Below are positions 18,563 to 27,282 of a stretch of DNA of 57,025 nucleotides, in pieces. The DNA lies in the NCBI GenBank assembly GCA_040217665.1, contig JBEHWP010000001.1, forward strand, positions 1-57,025. Reading direction: 5' to 3'. The notes under the pieces were generated by a model. That model searched no databases. It was not told where the DNA came from and saw nothing but the letters and a program-made list of their open reading frames with translations. Origin of the DNA: Vulcanimicrobiota bacterium (GTDB lineage: Bacteria; Vulcanimicrobiota; SpSt-956; JAKJGF01). How positions within the stretch are numbered: position 1 is the stretch's first letter; each line of letters opens with the position of its first letter. The translations under genes were made by a program, and so were the position numbers.

Positions 18563-19636
18563 ATGAGAAAGTTTATAATATGTATATCATTTGTGCTGAT
18601 CGCCATAATGTCCCCCTTCATAGCACTATCCGGTGAAGATTCTCAGAGAGAAAAAGCAAGAGTCCATGCCCAGAAAGCAGGAGAATATATAAAAGAAAAC
18701 AACTGGTCTTCTGCCCTGGATGAAGCAAAAAAAGCTGTAAAATCAGACAATAAATATCCTGAAGGGTACCTTCTTCTCGGTATTATCTATGTAAAACTCG
18801 GTGAACTTGATAATGCCGAAAAACAACTGAAAAGGGCAATTGAGCTTAATCCTGATATAGCAGAAGCCTATACTTATATGGGTAAAGTCTATTATTACAG
18901 AGATAAACTCGATAAAGCTCTTGAATATTATAAAAAAGCTGTAGCAAAAGGAAAGCAGGAAGTGCTTGCTTATCAGGATATGGGACATATTTATTATCAG
19001 AAGTCACGGGAAGTATTAAACTCTTCAGGGAATAAAACAGAAGCAAATGAGAAAATGTCTCTTGCTGTGGACTGCTACAAAAAAGCACTGCAGATAGACC
19101 CGAAAAATTCCGAGTTACACAATTTCCTCGGTGCCGCATACTATTATACAGGTAAAACAGGAAATGCTCTCGGAGAATATGAAAAAGCCATAGAACTCGA
19201 TAAGAAAAACGCTTCTGCTTACAGTAATATAGGTGAATATTATTTCAGAGAAAAGAAAGATTTCTCCAAAGCCACAGATGCCTATAAAACTGCCATAGAT
19301 TTATATACAAAAGAACTGTCAGGCAAATCAGGGTTTAACCAGAAAGAAATAAAAGCAAAACAACTGGAACTTGCTCTCTGTCATTATGGACTCGGTTACA
19401 TATATAACGTTCAGGGAAAAGCCAGTCCTGCTATAGAACAGTTCAATAAAGTGTTAAAACTTGATGCCAGTAATGCAGAAGCCTATGTGGGGCTTGCATC
19501 TTCTTTCGAACTTGCAGGTGATAAACAGAAAGCCATAGAATATTTTAAAAAAGCTCTCAAGATTGCAAAAGAACAGAATAATACTGCTCTTAAGAATGCA
19601 CTGGAAGCAAAGTTAAAAAAAATGGGAGCACAATAG
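18563..19636 (+). CDS. Exported TPR-repeat protein
   Basis: Signal-like N-terminus MRKFIICISFVLIAIMSPFIALSG and multiple 34-aa TPR units (A..Y..lG..Y...g....A...Y.kAlelDP). Starts 13 nt after the aminotransferase stop. Confidence 0.75.
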   Translation: MRKFIICISFVLIAIMSPFIALSGEDSQREKARVHAQKAGEYIKENNWSSALDEAKKAVKSDNKYPEGYLLLGIIYVKLGELDNAEKQLKRAIELNPDIAEAYTYMGKVYYYRDKLDKALEYYKKAVAKGKQEVLAYQDMGHIYYQKSREVLNSSGNKTEANEKMSLAVDCYKKALQIDPKNSELHNFLGAAYYYTGKTGNALGEYEKAIELDKKNASAYSNIGEYYFREKKDFSKATDAYKTAIDLYTKELSGKSGFNQKEIKAKQLELALCHYGLGYIYNVQGKASPAIEQFNKVLKLDASNAEAYVGLASSFELAGDKQKAIEYFKKALKIAKEQNNTALKNALEAKLKKMGAQ

Positions 19637-19643
19637 AAACGGA

Positions 19644-19692
19644 GAAGTGAGTGGTGATTAGAACCGGATAATTTCTACTCACTATTCACTTC
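19644..19692 (+). terminator. 20-bp imperfect hairpin downstream of the TPR gene 18563-19636
   Basis: gaagtgagtggtgattagaa, loop ccggataat, ttctactcactattcacttc. On plus-strand RNA this gives 17 Watson-Crick pairs, 2 G-U wobbles and 1 mismatch. On the minus strand the wobbles become C-A mismatches. There is no clear U-tract. Confidence 0.5.
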
Positions 19693-19707
19693 TAACTATT
19701 CACTAAA

Positions 19708-20112
19708 ATGTTAATTAAAAGAGATAAATATTACTGGTATAACAGAGGAGAAAAATTGCTTGATTCTCTTAATGCCTGTAATATGTCATATGATGAAATA
19801 TATGCAGAAGCTATTAGATGTTATATGAAAGCCATATCTCTTGATCCTCTGTTTGTTGATGCATGGAATGCCAGAGGTTATGTTTTATATATTCTCGGCA
19901 TGTATAAAAAAGCCATTATATGTTTTAATAAAGCCATAGAAATCTCTCCTGAGAATTTAGACGGATGGTCCAACAGAGGACTTACTTTATATAAAACAGG
20001 GAATTATAAAGAAGCAATAAAATGTTATGATAAAGTGATAGATATGGAACCTGACTTTCCCAATGCCAGACATAACAGAGAAAAAATTTTCGAAATATTA
20101 AATAAAAAATGA
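19708..20112 (+). CDS. Small TPR-repeat protein
   Basis: 134 aa with about 3 TPR units (AWNARGYVLYILGMYKKAIICFNKAIEISPEN, GWSNRGLTLYKTGNYKEAIKCYDKVIDMEPD). Its TGA overlaps the next ATG (ATGA at 20109-20112). Confidence 0.75.
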   Translation: MLIKRDKYYWYNRGEKLLDSLNACNMSYDEIYAEAIRCYMKAISLDPLFVDAWNARGYVLYILGMYKKAIICFNKAIEISPENLDGWSNRGLTLYKTGNYKEAIKCYDKVIDMEPDFPNARHNREKIFEILNKK

Positions 20113-21098
20113 TTTCAGAGAATCCTCTTTTACAAACTGTTTTAAACTATTTCCTTTATGGATGTTATTGTATATTTCTTTATTTTCTCGGCATCTGGGT
20201 ATTTCAGGATGCAGACAGAAGAGGTCTTAACGGTTATTACTGGTGTCTTTTATGTATATTTTTTCCCATAGGTGCTATACCTGTTTATCTGCTCTTAAGA
20301 CCGAAATCTATTCTTAAAATATGTCATGACTGTGATACAGGGGACCATGACAGCCTTCTATGTTATTACTGCCCTCATAATACGTCACCTGTACGTCCGC
20401 CATTTAAAACCTATATGTTTTATCTCTTGAAAGGTTTACTTTACAGTGCCTTTATGACAGTTAAATTTTTCTTTTTTGTTTTTCTGAATGATTTCTATGA
20501 AAAATGTTTTATTCTGAGAAGTAAAGAACTGAGGAAAATGAATTCATTGCTTAAAAAATATTATTTTCTTAAAAGTCCTGTAAATATGGCCCGGGTTACA
20601 GAAAAAGAAATGGAACGGCCATGTTATTCTCTCACCTATGGAGAAACTCCCTATTCTACAGCCATTTCTATTTTTAACACAGTACAGGTTAAAAATAATG
20701 ACGTATTCTTTGATCTTGGCTCAGGAACAGGAAATGTCACATTATTTGTAAATATTTACTTTCATATAGAAAGCACCGGCATTGACCTTGTGTCTTACTT
20801 CATACAAAAAAGCAATCTTATAGTAAAGGAAATGAAACTTGAGAATATCAGGTTTATAGAGGGGGATTTTTTAGAGGCAGACCTCTCGGAAGGTACTATA
20901 TTTTATATGAATTGTCTTACCTTCAACCAGGAACTGAGGAAAAAACTCGCTGAAAAAATAATAAATTCAATAACAGAAGGCTCCAGAATTATATCTATAG
21001 GTTATCCCCTGGGAAATTTTCATTTACTGGACAAAAGAACATATTTCTTTTCCTGGGGCTGGGAAGATGTTTATATCCAGGAAAAAAGGTTGGCATAA
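20109..21098 (+). CDS. Membrane protein: PLDc_N-like 2-TM module, zinc ribbon and C-terminal DOT1-like SAM-dependent methyltransferase
   Basis: N-terminal: WVFQDADRRGLNGYYWCLLCIFFPIGAIPVYLLLRP, then CHDCDTGDHDSLLCYYCPH. C-terminal: YGETPYSTAISIFNTVQVKNNDVFFDLGSGTGNVTLFV...FIEGDFLEADLSEGTIFYMNCLTFNQELRKKLAEKI...GSRIIS. This aligns by eye with the DOT1 core YGETSFDL...DDLFVDLGSGVGQVVLQV...ERGDFLS...[22 protein letters not shown]...GGRIVS. Confidence 0.65.
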   Translation: MISENPLLQTVLNYFLYGCYCIFLYFLGIWVFQDADRRGLNGYYWCLLCIFFPIGAIPVYLLLRPKSILKICHDCDTGDHDSLLCYYCPHNTSPVRPPFKTYMFYLLKGLLYSAFMTVKFFFFVFLNDFYEKCFILRSKELRKMNSLLKKYYFLKSPVNMARVTEKEMERPCYSLTYGETPYSTAISIFNTVQVKNNDVFFDLGSGTGNVTLFVNIYFHIESTGIDLVSYFIQKSNLIVKEMKLENIRFIEGDFLEADLSEGTIFYMNCLTFNQELRKKLAEKIINSITEGSRIISIGYPLGNFHLLDKRTYFFSWGWEDVYIQEKRLA

Positions 21099-21204
21099 AA
21101 CAGGATCATAGATTTTCCGGAAGAGTCCGGCCGGGGACAGGTTTCAATCTGGAGCGGTGCTTAGGATCAGTCAGGAAATAACTACATCATAGTTAAAGTT
21201 TATA

Positions 21205-21252
21205 TCGTAATGCGTAATGCGTGACGCGAGGATACAATCGTTCTAATAATTT
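21205..21252. repeat. GTAAYG/ACGCGTGAC element, homolog of 35382-35430
   Basis: tcgtaatgcgtaatgcgtgacgcgaggatacaatcgttctaataatttg versus tcgtaacgggtaacgcgtgacacgaggaaagagacaattaataaagttc. Confidence 0.6.
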
Positions 21253-21282
21253 GCCGGAGTTATTTTTCCTACAGTACTTAGT

Positions 21283-21924
21283 TCATCCCCGGCCATCTAT
21301 CAATTTCTGTTCTATTACATATCTGATTATTTCAGCATTATTTTCCATTTTCATTTTTTTCAAAATACGATATTTATAAGTACTGACTGTTTTCACACTC
21401 AGAGAAAGTTCAACTGCAATATCTCTGGCTGTTTTTCCTGATGCCATCATACACATAACTCTAAATTCCCTGTCAGAAAGCACTTCATGAGGTAATTCAT
21501 TTCTGTCTTTTTCCAGATTGACAGCAAGAAGTTGAGCCACAACAGGGGTAATATATTTTTTACCCTGTCTTACTGTCCTTATAGCCATAATAAGTTCATC
21601 AGGCATTTGTTCTTTTGTAAGATATCCCGAAGCACCTCCCCTGAGAGCTCTTATAGCATACTGTTCTTCCGGGTAAATACTTAATATGAGAACATTTATC
21701 TCAGGATGTTCTGATTTTAATTCTCTTAAAACTTCAAGACCATTCATATCAGGAAGGGATATATCAAGTAAAACTACATCATATTTATTTTTTTTTACCT
21801 TTTTTAAAACCTCGTGACCTGTTTCTGCCTCATCTGCCATAATAATATCCTTTGTTTCTTCCACAATATGTCTCAGACCTTTTCTGACAACAGGATGATC
21901 GTCTACAATAAGTATTTTTATCAT
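21283..21924 (-). CDS. NarL/FixJ-family response regulator (REC + LuxR-type HTH)
   Basis: MIKILIVDDHPVVRKGL...DVVLLDISLPDMNGLEVL (phospho-acceptor Asp) and a C-terminal LSDREFRVMCMMASGKTARDIAVELSLSVKTVSTYKYRILKKM. Confidence 0.9.
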   Translation of the reverse strand: MIKILIVDDHPVVRKGLRHIVEETKDIIMADEAETGHEVLKKVKKNKYDVVLLDISLPDMNGLEVLRELKSEHPEINVLILSIYPEEQYAIRALRGGASGYLTKEQMPDELIMAIRTVRQGKKYITPVVAQLLAVNLEKDRNELPHEVLSDREFRVMCMMASGKTARDIAVELSLSVKTVSTYKYRILKKMKMENNAEIIRYVIEQKLIDGRG

Positions 21925-21933
21925 ATTATTTCC

Positions 21934-23094
21934 TCATTCATCTACAGGTAAAATAATTTTAACAGATGTTCCTTTACCGGATTTACCTTTAATCTGAATA
22001 ATTCCTCCCCAGTAATGGACTCTTTCTTTTATACCGAGCAACCCGAAGGATTTTCTGTCAAGATTTTCCTCTATACCTATACCGTTATCCTTTACACAAA
22101 CAAATAATTTATTATCTCTCTGTTTCAATTTTATGTCAACCTTCGTAGCTCTGGCATGACGGATTATATTTGTCAGAAGTTCCTGAATTATACGATATAT
22201 AACAACTGACTTCTCTTTATCCATTGTAATATCTTCAGGTATTATAGTAATTTTAAATTTAACACCTGTCCTTTTCTCTATTTCTTTTACATGCCAGAGA
22301 ATTGCTGCATAAAGACCAAAATCGTCCAGCATGACAGGCCTGAGTTCCGACGCAATTCTTCTCACATTTTGTATTGTCATATCTATCAGTTCAGTCATGG
22401 AATTTATTTTTTCTACCAGTTCATGTTCATTTATTCTTTTACCGAGCCATTTTATATCTATTTTCAGAGCAGTAAGAAGTTGTCCCAGTTCATCATGGAA
22501 TTCTCTTGCTATATTTTTCCTTTCTTCTTCCCTTATAACCTGTAACAGTTCAAAAAGTTCCTGTAATTTTTCATGGGATTTTTTTATCTCTTCATCGGCT
22601 CTTTTACGTTCAATTATTTTTCCCAGAGTCTGAGAAATACCTTTTATTAAATCCCTTTCCGATTTAAGGAAAGGCCCTTCGTCACAGAGAGGTTTTTCTT
22701 CCAGATAATAAATCTCTACTGTCCCTTTTTTTCTGCCGTAAATATTAATATTACTTATCTGTTTATAAGGGGTGTCACGAAAATTATCTGTCTTAAATTC
22801 CATGCCTTCCAGAATAATTCTGCTACATGTGATTTCAGGATACTGCCAGGAAGAAGGTATAAGATTAACAATCTCTTGAATTACTTTCTCAAGATTATTT
22901 CCATGTTCTACAATATTAAAGATATTATAAATACACTCTAATTCTTTAGACCGTTCTCTCAGTTCATGTTTTAACAGGATTATTTTCTTTTCAAGTTTTT
23001 CTTTATGAGCAATAGCTTTTTCAAGAGAGGCGATTTTTTTCTGTTCCTCCAGAAGTTGTTTTTTCAGTGACATAATTTCCAGATTTTTTTCCAT
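21934..23094 (-). CDS. Cytoplasmic sensor histidine kinase, HisKA_3 (NarX/DegS-like) type
   Basis: No TM segment. N-terminal coiled coil and a sensor region. H-box: IAREFHDELGQLLTALK. HATPase_c blocks: ELLTNIIRHARA, DNGIGI, GLLGIKERV, GKGTSVKIILP. Confidence 0.85.
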   Translation of the reverse strand: MEKNLEIMSLKKQLLEEQKKIASLEKAIAHKEKLEKKIILLKHELRERSKELECIYNIFNIVEHGNNLEKVIQEIVNLIPSSWQYPEITCSRIILEGMEFKTDNFRDTPYKQISNINIYGRKKGTVEIYYLEEKPLCDEGPFLKSERDLIKGISQTLGKIIERKRADEEIKKSHEKLQELFELLQVIREEERKNIAREFHDELGQLLTALKIDIKWLGKRINEHELVEKINSMTELIDMTIQNVRRIASELRPVMLDDFGLYAAILWHVKEIEKRTGVKFKITIIPEDITMDKEKSVVIYRIIQELLTNIIRHARATKVDIKLKQRDNKLFVCVKDNGIGIEENLDRKSFGLLGIKERVHYWGGIIQIKGKSGKGTSVKIILPVDE

Positions 23095-23336
23095 AATATT
23101 TTTTTATTTCATTAAAATGTAATAATGGCCAGCATATAGAATAATTATATTTTTTTCAACAAACTTATTATGCAATATTTATATTGTCAAGTCAAATTTT
23201 TTCTCTTTACATCTGATTTAATTTAATGAACTACCCAATACAGAGAAAATATCTCGAGGTGGAGTATGTATCCGGTATGGATGGGGTAACTTTAAATGTC
23301 CAAATTGTAATAATAAATGTCGATGGAGTTCCATTA

Positions 23337-23373
23337 CCGGGGTAGGTTTCACAAAACGTCAGAGCTACCCCGG
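23337..23373 (-). terminator. 9-bp perfect GC-rich hairpin 27 nt downstream of the CoA-transferase stop
   Basis: ccggggtag, a 19-nt loop, ctaccccgg. It separates the amidase/CoA-transferase genes from the histidine-kinase gene. No U-tract. Confidence 0.5.
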
Positions 23374-23399
23374 ATTAATGGAGTTGTTCCCGGTGAAAA

Positions 23400-24587
23400 T
23401 CAAAGAACTCCTTCTTCTAAGAGTTTTTCAATCTCATGTTTATCATACCCCAGCATTTCTGAAAGGATCTCTTCATTATGCTGTCCCAGAACAGGGGGAG
23501 GTAATTTTATCGAACCCGGAGTATCTGATAATTTTACGGGAATACCTGTCAGTTTTATACTGCCACATGTTGGATGGTCAACATCTACTACCATATTACG
23601 GGCCAATACCTGGGGATGTGTCAATACTTTATCAAGAGTAAGAACAGGGCCAGAAGGAATACCATGATCATTAAAAAGACAGAGCCATTCATCTGCTTTT
23701 TTTCGGGAAATTATTTCTTGAATAATAGCAAATAATTCATTTCTGTTTTTTACTCTGTCAGGATTCGTTGCAAATTTCGGGTTATTTTTATCAAGTCCTA
23801 CAATGTCACAGAAAATATGCCAGAATTTATCATTACCTACGGCAATATTTATATATTCGTCAGAAGCCTTAAACGTTTCATAGGGGCTTATAGTCGGATG
23901 CTGGTTACCTTTACGTAACGGAGGAACACCTGTTGCAAAATATATACCTGCCTGATATGTGAGAAGTGATACAAGACCATCAAGGAGTGATATATCAATC
24001 TTTTGCCCTTTTCCGGTTTTCTCTCTTGAAATAAGGGCAAGTAATATACCCTGAAAGGCATAAATAGCAGCCATAAGATCCGCTATTGAAGTACCCACTT
24101 TATACGGAGAACCTTCAGGGTCTCCTGTTAAACTCATAAATCCTGAAATTCCCTGAATAACCACATCATATCCCGGACGGGATCTGTAAGGTCCTGTCTG
24201 GCCGTAACCTGAAACGGAAGCATATATTATACGGGGATTAATCTTTTCTACTTCCTCATAAGACAGGCCGATTTTTTCCATATAACCGGGGCGGAAATTT
24301 TCAACCAGTACATCAGCTTTTTTGATGAGTTCTATTATAATCTTTTTTCCCTTTTCTATTTTCAGGTTTACTGTAATGCTCTTTTTATTACGATTGAAAC
24401 TGAAAAAATAAGCACTTTCACCGTTTATAAAAGGAGGGCCAAATGCCCTGGAGTCGTCACCTTTACCGGGCTGTTCCACTTTTATAACATCTGCTCCCAT
24501 ATCACCTAAAAGCATAGTGCAATAGGGACCTGCTATGAGACGGGAAAAATCAAGAACTTTTATAGATTCAAGAGGCATATGTGTCAT
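23400..24587 (-). CDS. Family III CoA-transferase (CaiB/BaiF family)
   Basis: N-terminal IKVLDFSRLIAGPYCTMLLGDMGADVIKVEQPGKGDDSR is the family III hallmark, and the length is typical. Confidence 0.8.
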   Translation of the reverse strand: MTHMPLESIKVLDFSRLIAGPYCTMLLGDMGADVIKVEQPGKGDDSRAFGPPFINGESAYFFSFNRNKKSITVNLKIEKGKKIIIELIKKADVLVENFRPGYMEKIGLSYEEVEKINPRIIYASVSGYGQTGPYRSRPGYDVVIQGISGFMSLTGDPEGSPYKVGTSIADLMAAIYAFQGILLALISREKTGKGQKIDISLLDGLVSLLTYQAGIYFATGVPPLRKGNQHPTISPYETFKASDEYINIAVGNDKFWHIFCDIVGLDKNNPKFATNPDRVKNRNELFAIIQEIISRKKADEWLCLFNDHGIPSGPVLTLDKVLTHPQVLARNMVVDVDHPTCGSIKLTGIPVKLSDTPGSIKLPPPVLGQHNEEILSEMLGYDKHEIEKLLEEGVL

Positions 24588-24611
24588 ATATATTATAAGA
24601 TATTATGTATC

Positions 24612-26048
24612 TTATCTCCTTTCTGTTGTATCCGCCACAGGCGGTCGTCTTTTATAAAATTTTGTTTCACCTTCAAAAGCAGCGGCAATCTGCAACAACC
24701 CCGTTTCGTCCTTATGACGTCCTACAATTTGAAGGCCTACAGGCAACCCTTCATCTGTAAAGCCACATGGTACTGCTATGGCAGGGTTGCCCGTCAGTGA
24801 TATGTAATAACAGGTTTTCTGCCAGTCTATATAGGTTTCCATAGTTACGTCCTGAATTTTCTTTACATATTCCTGATTTATATCAAAGGGGATTACCTGG
24901 CTTACAGGCAGAATAAAAAAGTCATATTTTTCCATAAACACTCTTATTCTGTGATAAAGCTCAGTTCTTATACGCTCTGCACTGGCAAGCTGGGGGCCTG
25001 TAATTCTTTCACCTTCTTCTATATTTTTCTGTAATGTATATTTAAATTTATTTTTTTTCGCATTCCTCCCCAGAGTAAGTTCATAATCCCAGGCTCTCCA
25101 CGCTTTATAAGCTTTATCTGCACCGGTAAAGTCAGGTTCATTGTCTTCCACATTGCATCCGAGGGACTGAAAAACTTTTTTCTGACTGTCTACAATTTTC
25201 TTTACTTCCGGTTCAAAAGGCAGACCTCCTATGTCTATTGCCCATGCTATATTTACTCCTTTAAAATTACGTTTCAGAGAACGGGTAAACATATTTCCCT
25301 CTTCCTGTATTGATATGGGAGATCTGCTGTCAGGGCCTGCCATGACAGAAAGAAGAAGAGCTACATCTTCTACAGTTCTTGCCATAGGCCCTGCTACTGA
25401 AAAACTGTTCCATCCATCCGATGCAGGCCATACGGGAATACGTCCCGGAGAAGTACGAATACCAACTACATTACAAAAACTGGCAGGATTTCTGAGAGAA
25501 CCTGCAGCATCAGTGCCTGTTGCAAGAGGCACCATGCCACATGCCAGTGCTACAGCAGAACCTCCGCTGCTTCCGCCACAGGTTTTTGTCATATCGTACG
25601 GATTGAGGGTTTTACCAAAAATACTGTTAAAGGTCTGACTTCCTGCTCCAAATTCAGAGGTATTTGTTTTCCCTATAGTAATTGCTCCTGCTTTTTTTAT
25701 TCTTTCTACCGCTATACAGTCAATATCGGGGATATTGTCTGTATATGCAAGAGAGCCATAGGTTGTTCTGATTGCTGACGTTTCAAGCAGATCTTTATGT
25801 GCTACAGGAATACCATAAAGAGGTCCCGTTATTTTACCTCTATCAACATCTTTTGCCTGCTTTAATGCTTCTTCGCCGGCAAGTGTCACAATAGCATTTA
25901 ATTTCGGATTTAATTGCTCAATCTGAATAAGATGTGCTTCCATAACCTCCAGAGCAGAAAGCTCTTTATTTCTGATATGACTGATTATTTCTGTGGCAGT
26001 CATAAAACAGATATCGGAGGATTTGATATATTTTTCGGAAATTACCAT
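24612..26048 (-). CDS. Amidase-signature family amidase
   Basis: AS-family motifs: GIPVAHKDLLETSAIRTTYGS (Lys) and the Gly/Ser-rich CGGSSGGSAVALACGMVPLATGTDAAGSLRNPASFC. Confidence 0.85.
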   Translation of the reverse strand: MVISEKYIKSSDICFMTATEIISHIRNKELSALEVMEAHLIQIEQLNPKLNAIVTLAGEEALKQAKDVDRGKITGPLYGIPVAHKDLLETSAIRTTYGSLAYTDNIPDIDCIAVERIKKAGAITIGKTNTSEFGAGSQTFNSIFGKTLNPYDMTKTCGGSSGGSAVALACGMVPLATGTDAAGSLRNPASFCNVVGIRTSPGRIPVWPASDGWNSFSVAGPMARTVEDVALLLSVMAGPDSRSPISIQEEGNMFTRSLKRNFKGVNIAWAIDIGGLPFEPEVKKIVDSQKKVFQSLGCNVEDNEPDFTGADKAYKAWRAWDYELTLGRNAKKNKFKYTLQKNIEEGERITGPQLASAERIRTELYHRIRVFMEKYDFFILPVSQVIPFDINQEYVKKIQDVTMETYIDWQKTCYYISLTGNPAIAVPCGFTDEGLPVGLQIVGRHKDETGLLQIAAAFEGETKFYKRRPPVADTTERR

Positions 26049-26072
26049 AAAAAAATACCTCCTGAATTTAGT

Positions 26073-26717
26073 TCAAACAAGTTTATGTTGAATTACATAC
26101 CTTATAATATCGGAATTATTTTTCATTTTCATTTTCTTTAACATTCTCATTTTATAAGTACTGATGGTTTTAAGACTCAGAGACAGTTCATCTGCAATAT
26201 GCTTTATAGATTTTCCCGACCCTATCATACACATGATAAAAAATTCACGGCCCGAAAGACTTTCATGAGGTAATTTACTTTTGTCCTGCTCCAGGTTAAG
26301 AGCCAATAATTCAGCTACAGAAGGGGTAATATATTTTTTACCTTCTCTTACAAGGCGAATGGCTTCTGTTAGTTTATCGGGAAGACTTTCCTTTGTAATA
26401 TATCCTGATGCTCCTGCCTGAAAAGATTTTATGGCATATTGTTCTTCAGGATACATACTTAATATGAGAACAGGTATATTTATTTTTTTAGCCTTTAATT
26501 CTTTTAAAACCTCAAGACCGCTCATATCAGGAAGAGACAGATCAAGCAAAATCAGATCATATTTCTGACTTCTGACCTTTTTTAACACGTCCAGTCCCCT
26601 GTCTACCTCGTCTGCTACAATAATATCTTCTGTCTCTCCAAATATCTGCTTTAAGCCTCTCCTTACAATCGGATGATCGTCAACAACAAGTATTCTGGTC
26701 ATAAAATTTATATACAC
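26073..26717 (-). CDS. NarL/FixJ-family response regulator, paralog of 21283-21924
   Basis: MTRILVVDDHPIVRRGL...DLILLDLSLPDMSGLEVL...LSGREFFIMCMIGSGKSIKHIADELSLSLKTISTYKMRMLKKM. Colinear with the other regulator; roughly 60 percent identical by eye. Confidence 0.9.
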   Translation of the reverse strand: MYINFMTRILVVDDHPIVRRGLKQIFGETEDIIVADEVDRGLDVLKKVRSQKYDLILLDLSLPDMSGLEVLKELKAKKINIPVLILSMYPEEQYAIKSFQAGASGYITKESLPDKLTEAIRLVREGKKYITPSVAELLALNLEQDKSKLPHESLSGREFFIMCMIGSGKSIKHIADELSLSLKTISTYKMRMLKKMKMKNNSDIIRYVIQHKLV

Positions 26718-27108
26718 CTTTACATTATTTTTGCCGGCATAGAGAATTTATAAGGCCACGTTTTTCTGCATGGCTATTTTTTTAAAATACTCCTCTGAAT
26801 ATTTCCTGCTGTTCACCCTTATGATATAAAACAATCTGTTCTCTACTTTAAGTGAAAGACCTCAGAATTCTCCTACTATATCGCGAAGTAGAACGTAGCG
26901 ATTAATGGGAGATGACTCTATATAAAATACCCTCTTAAGTCAGAGAAAGATTCATTTGTATGACACTATAATATAAAAGAGGCGTAAAAAATATCAGATA
27001 ATAACTATTTTTTTTGTAGGAGTTTTGCTATGTTCATGACAGAATATTCAATTTAATTGAAATATATTATTGATCTGAGCATAAACATGCAATAAAAGCT
27101 TTCCTTCC

Positions 27109-27172
27109 CTAACGTAACGCGTCACGAGAGCATATATGTATTATTTACGCTCACATCAGTAAAAGGAAATCA
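27109..27172 (+). repeat. GC-rich-word element plus leader, homologous to 35295-35356
   Basis: ctaacgtaacgcgtcacgagagcatatatgtattatttacgctcacatcagtaaaaggaaat versus cccgttacctttcacgagagcagttacgtattatttataatcatcacagtaaggaat. They share tcacgagagca, gtattattta, cagtaa and ggaa. Each lies 110-125 nt upstream of a plus-strand gene. Confidence 0.65.
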
Positions 27173-27282
27173 TATTAAAATACCGAATAATATTAAATTC
27201 TTATATAAATATCTATAAAAACATAATATTAAGAAGGGAGAAAATTCGTTGATAAAAATATATAAATTGTTTTTATCCAGAT

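Noticed and set aside
23290-23400. A plus-strand reading containing a zinc-ribbon-like CPNCNNKC peptide upstream of ORF 23378-23641.
   Set aside because: The open stretch has no start codon. It runs into the antisense of the CoA-transferase gene. The region is better explained by the 23337-23373 hairpin.
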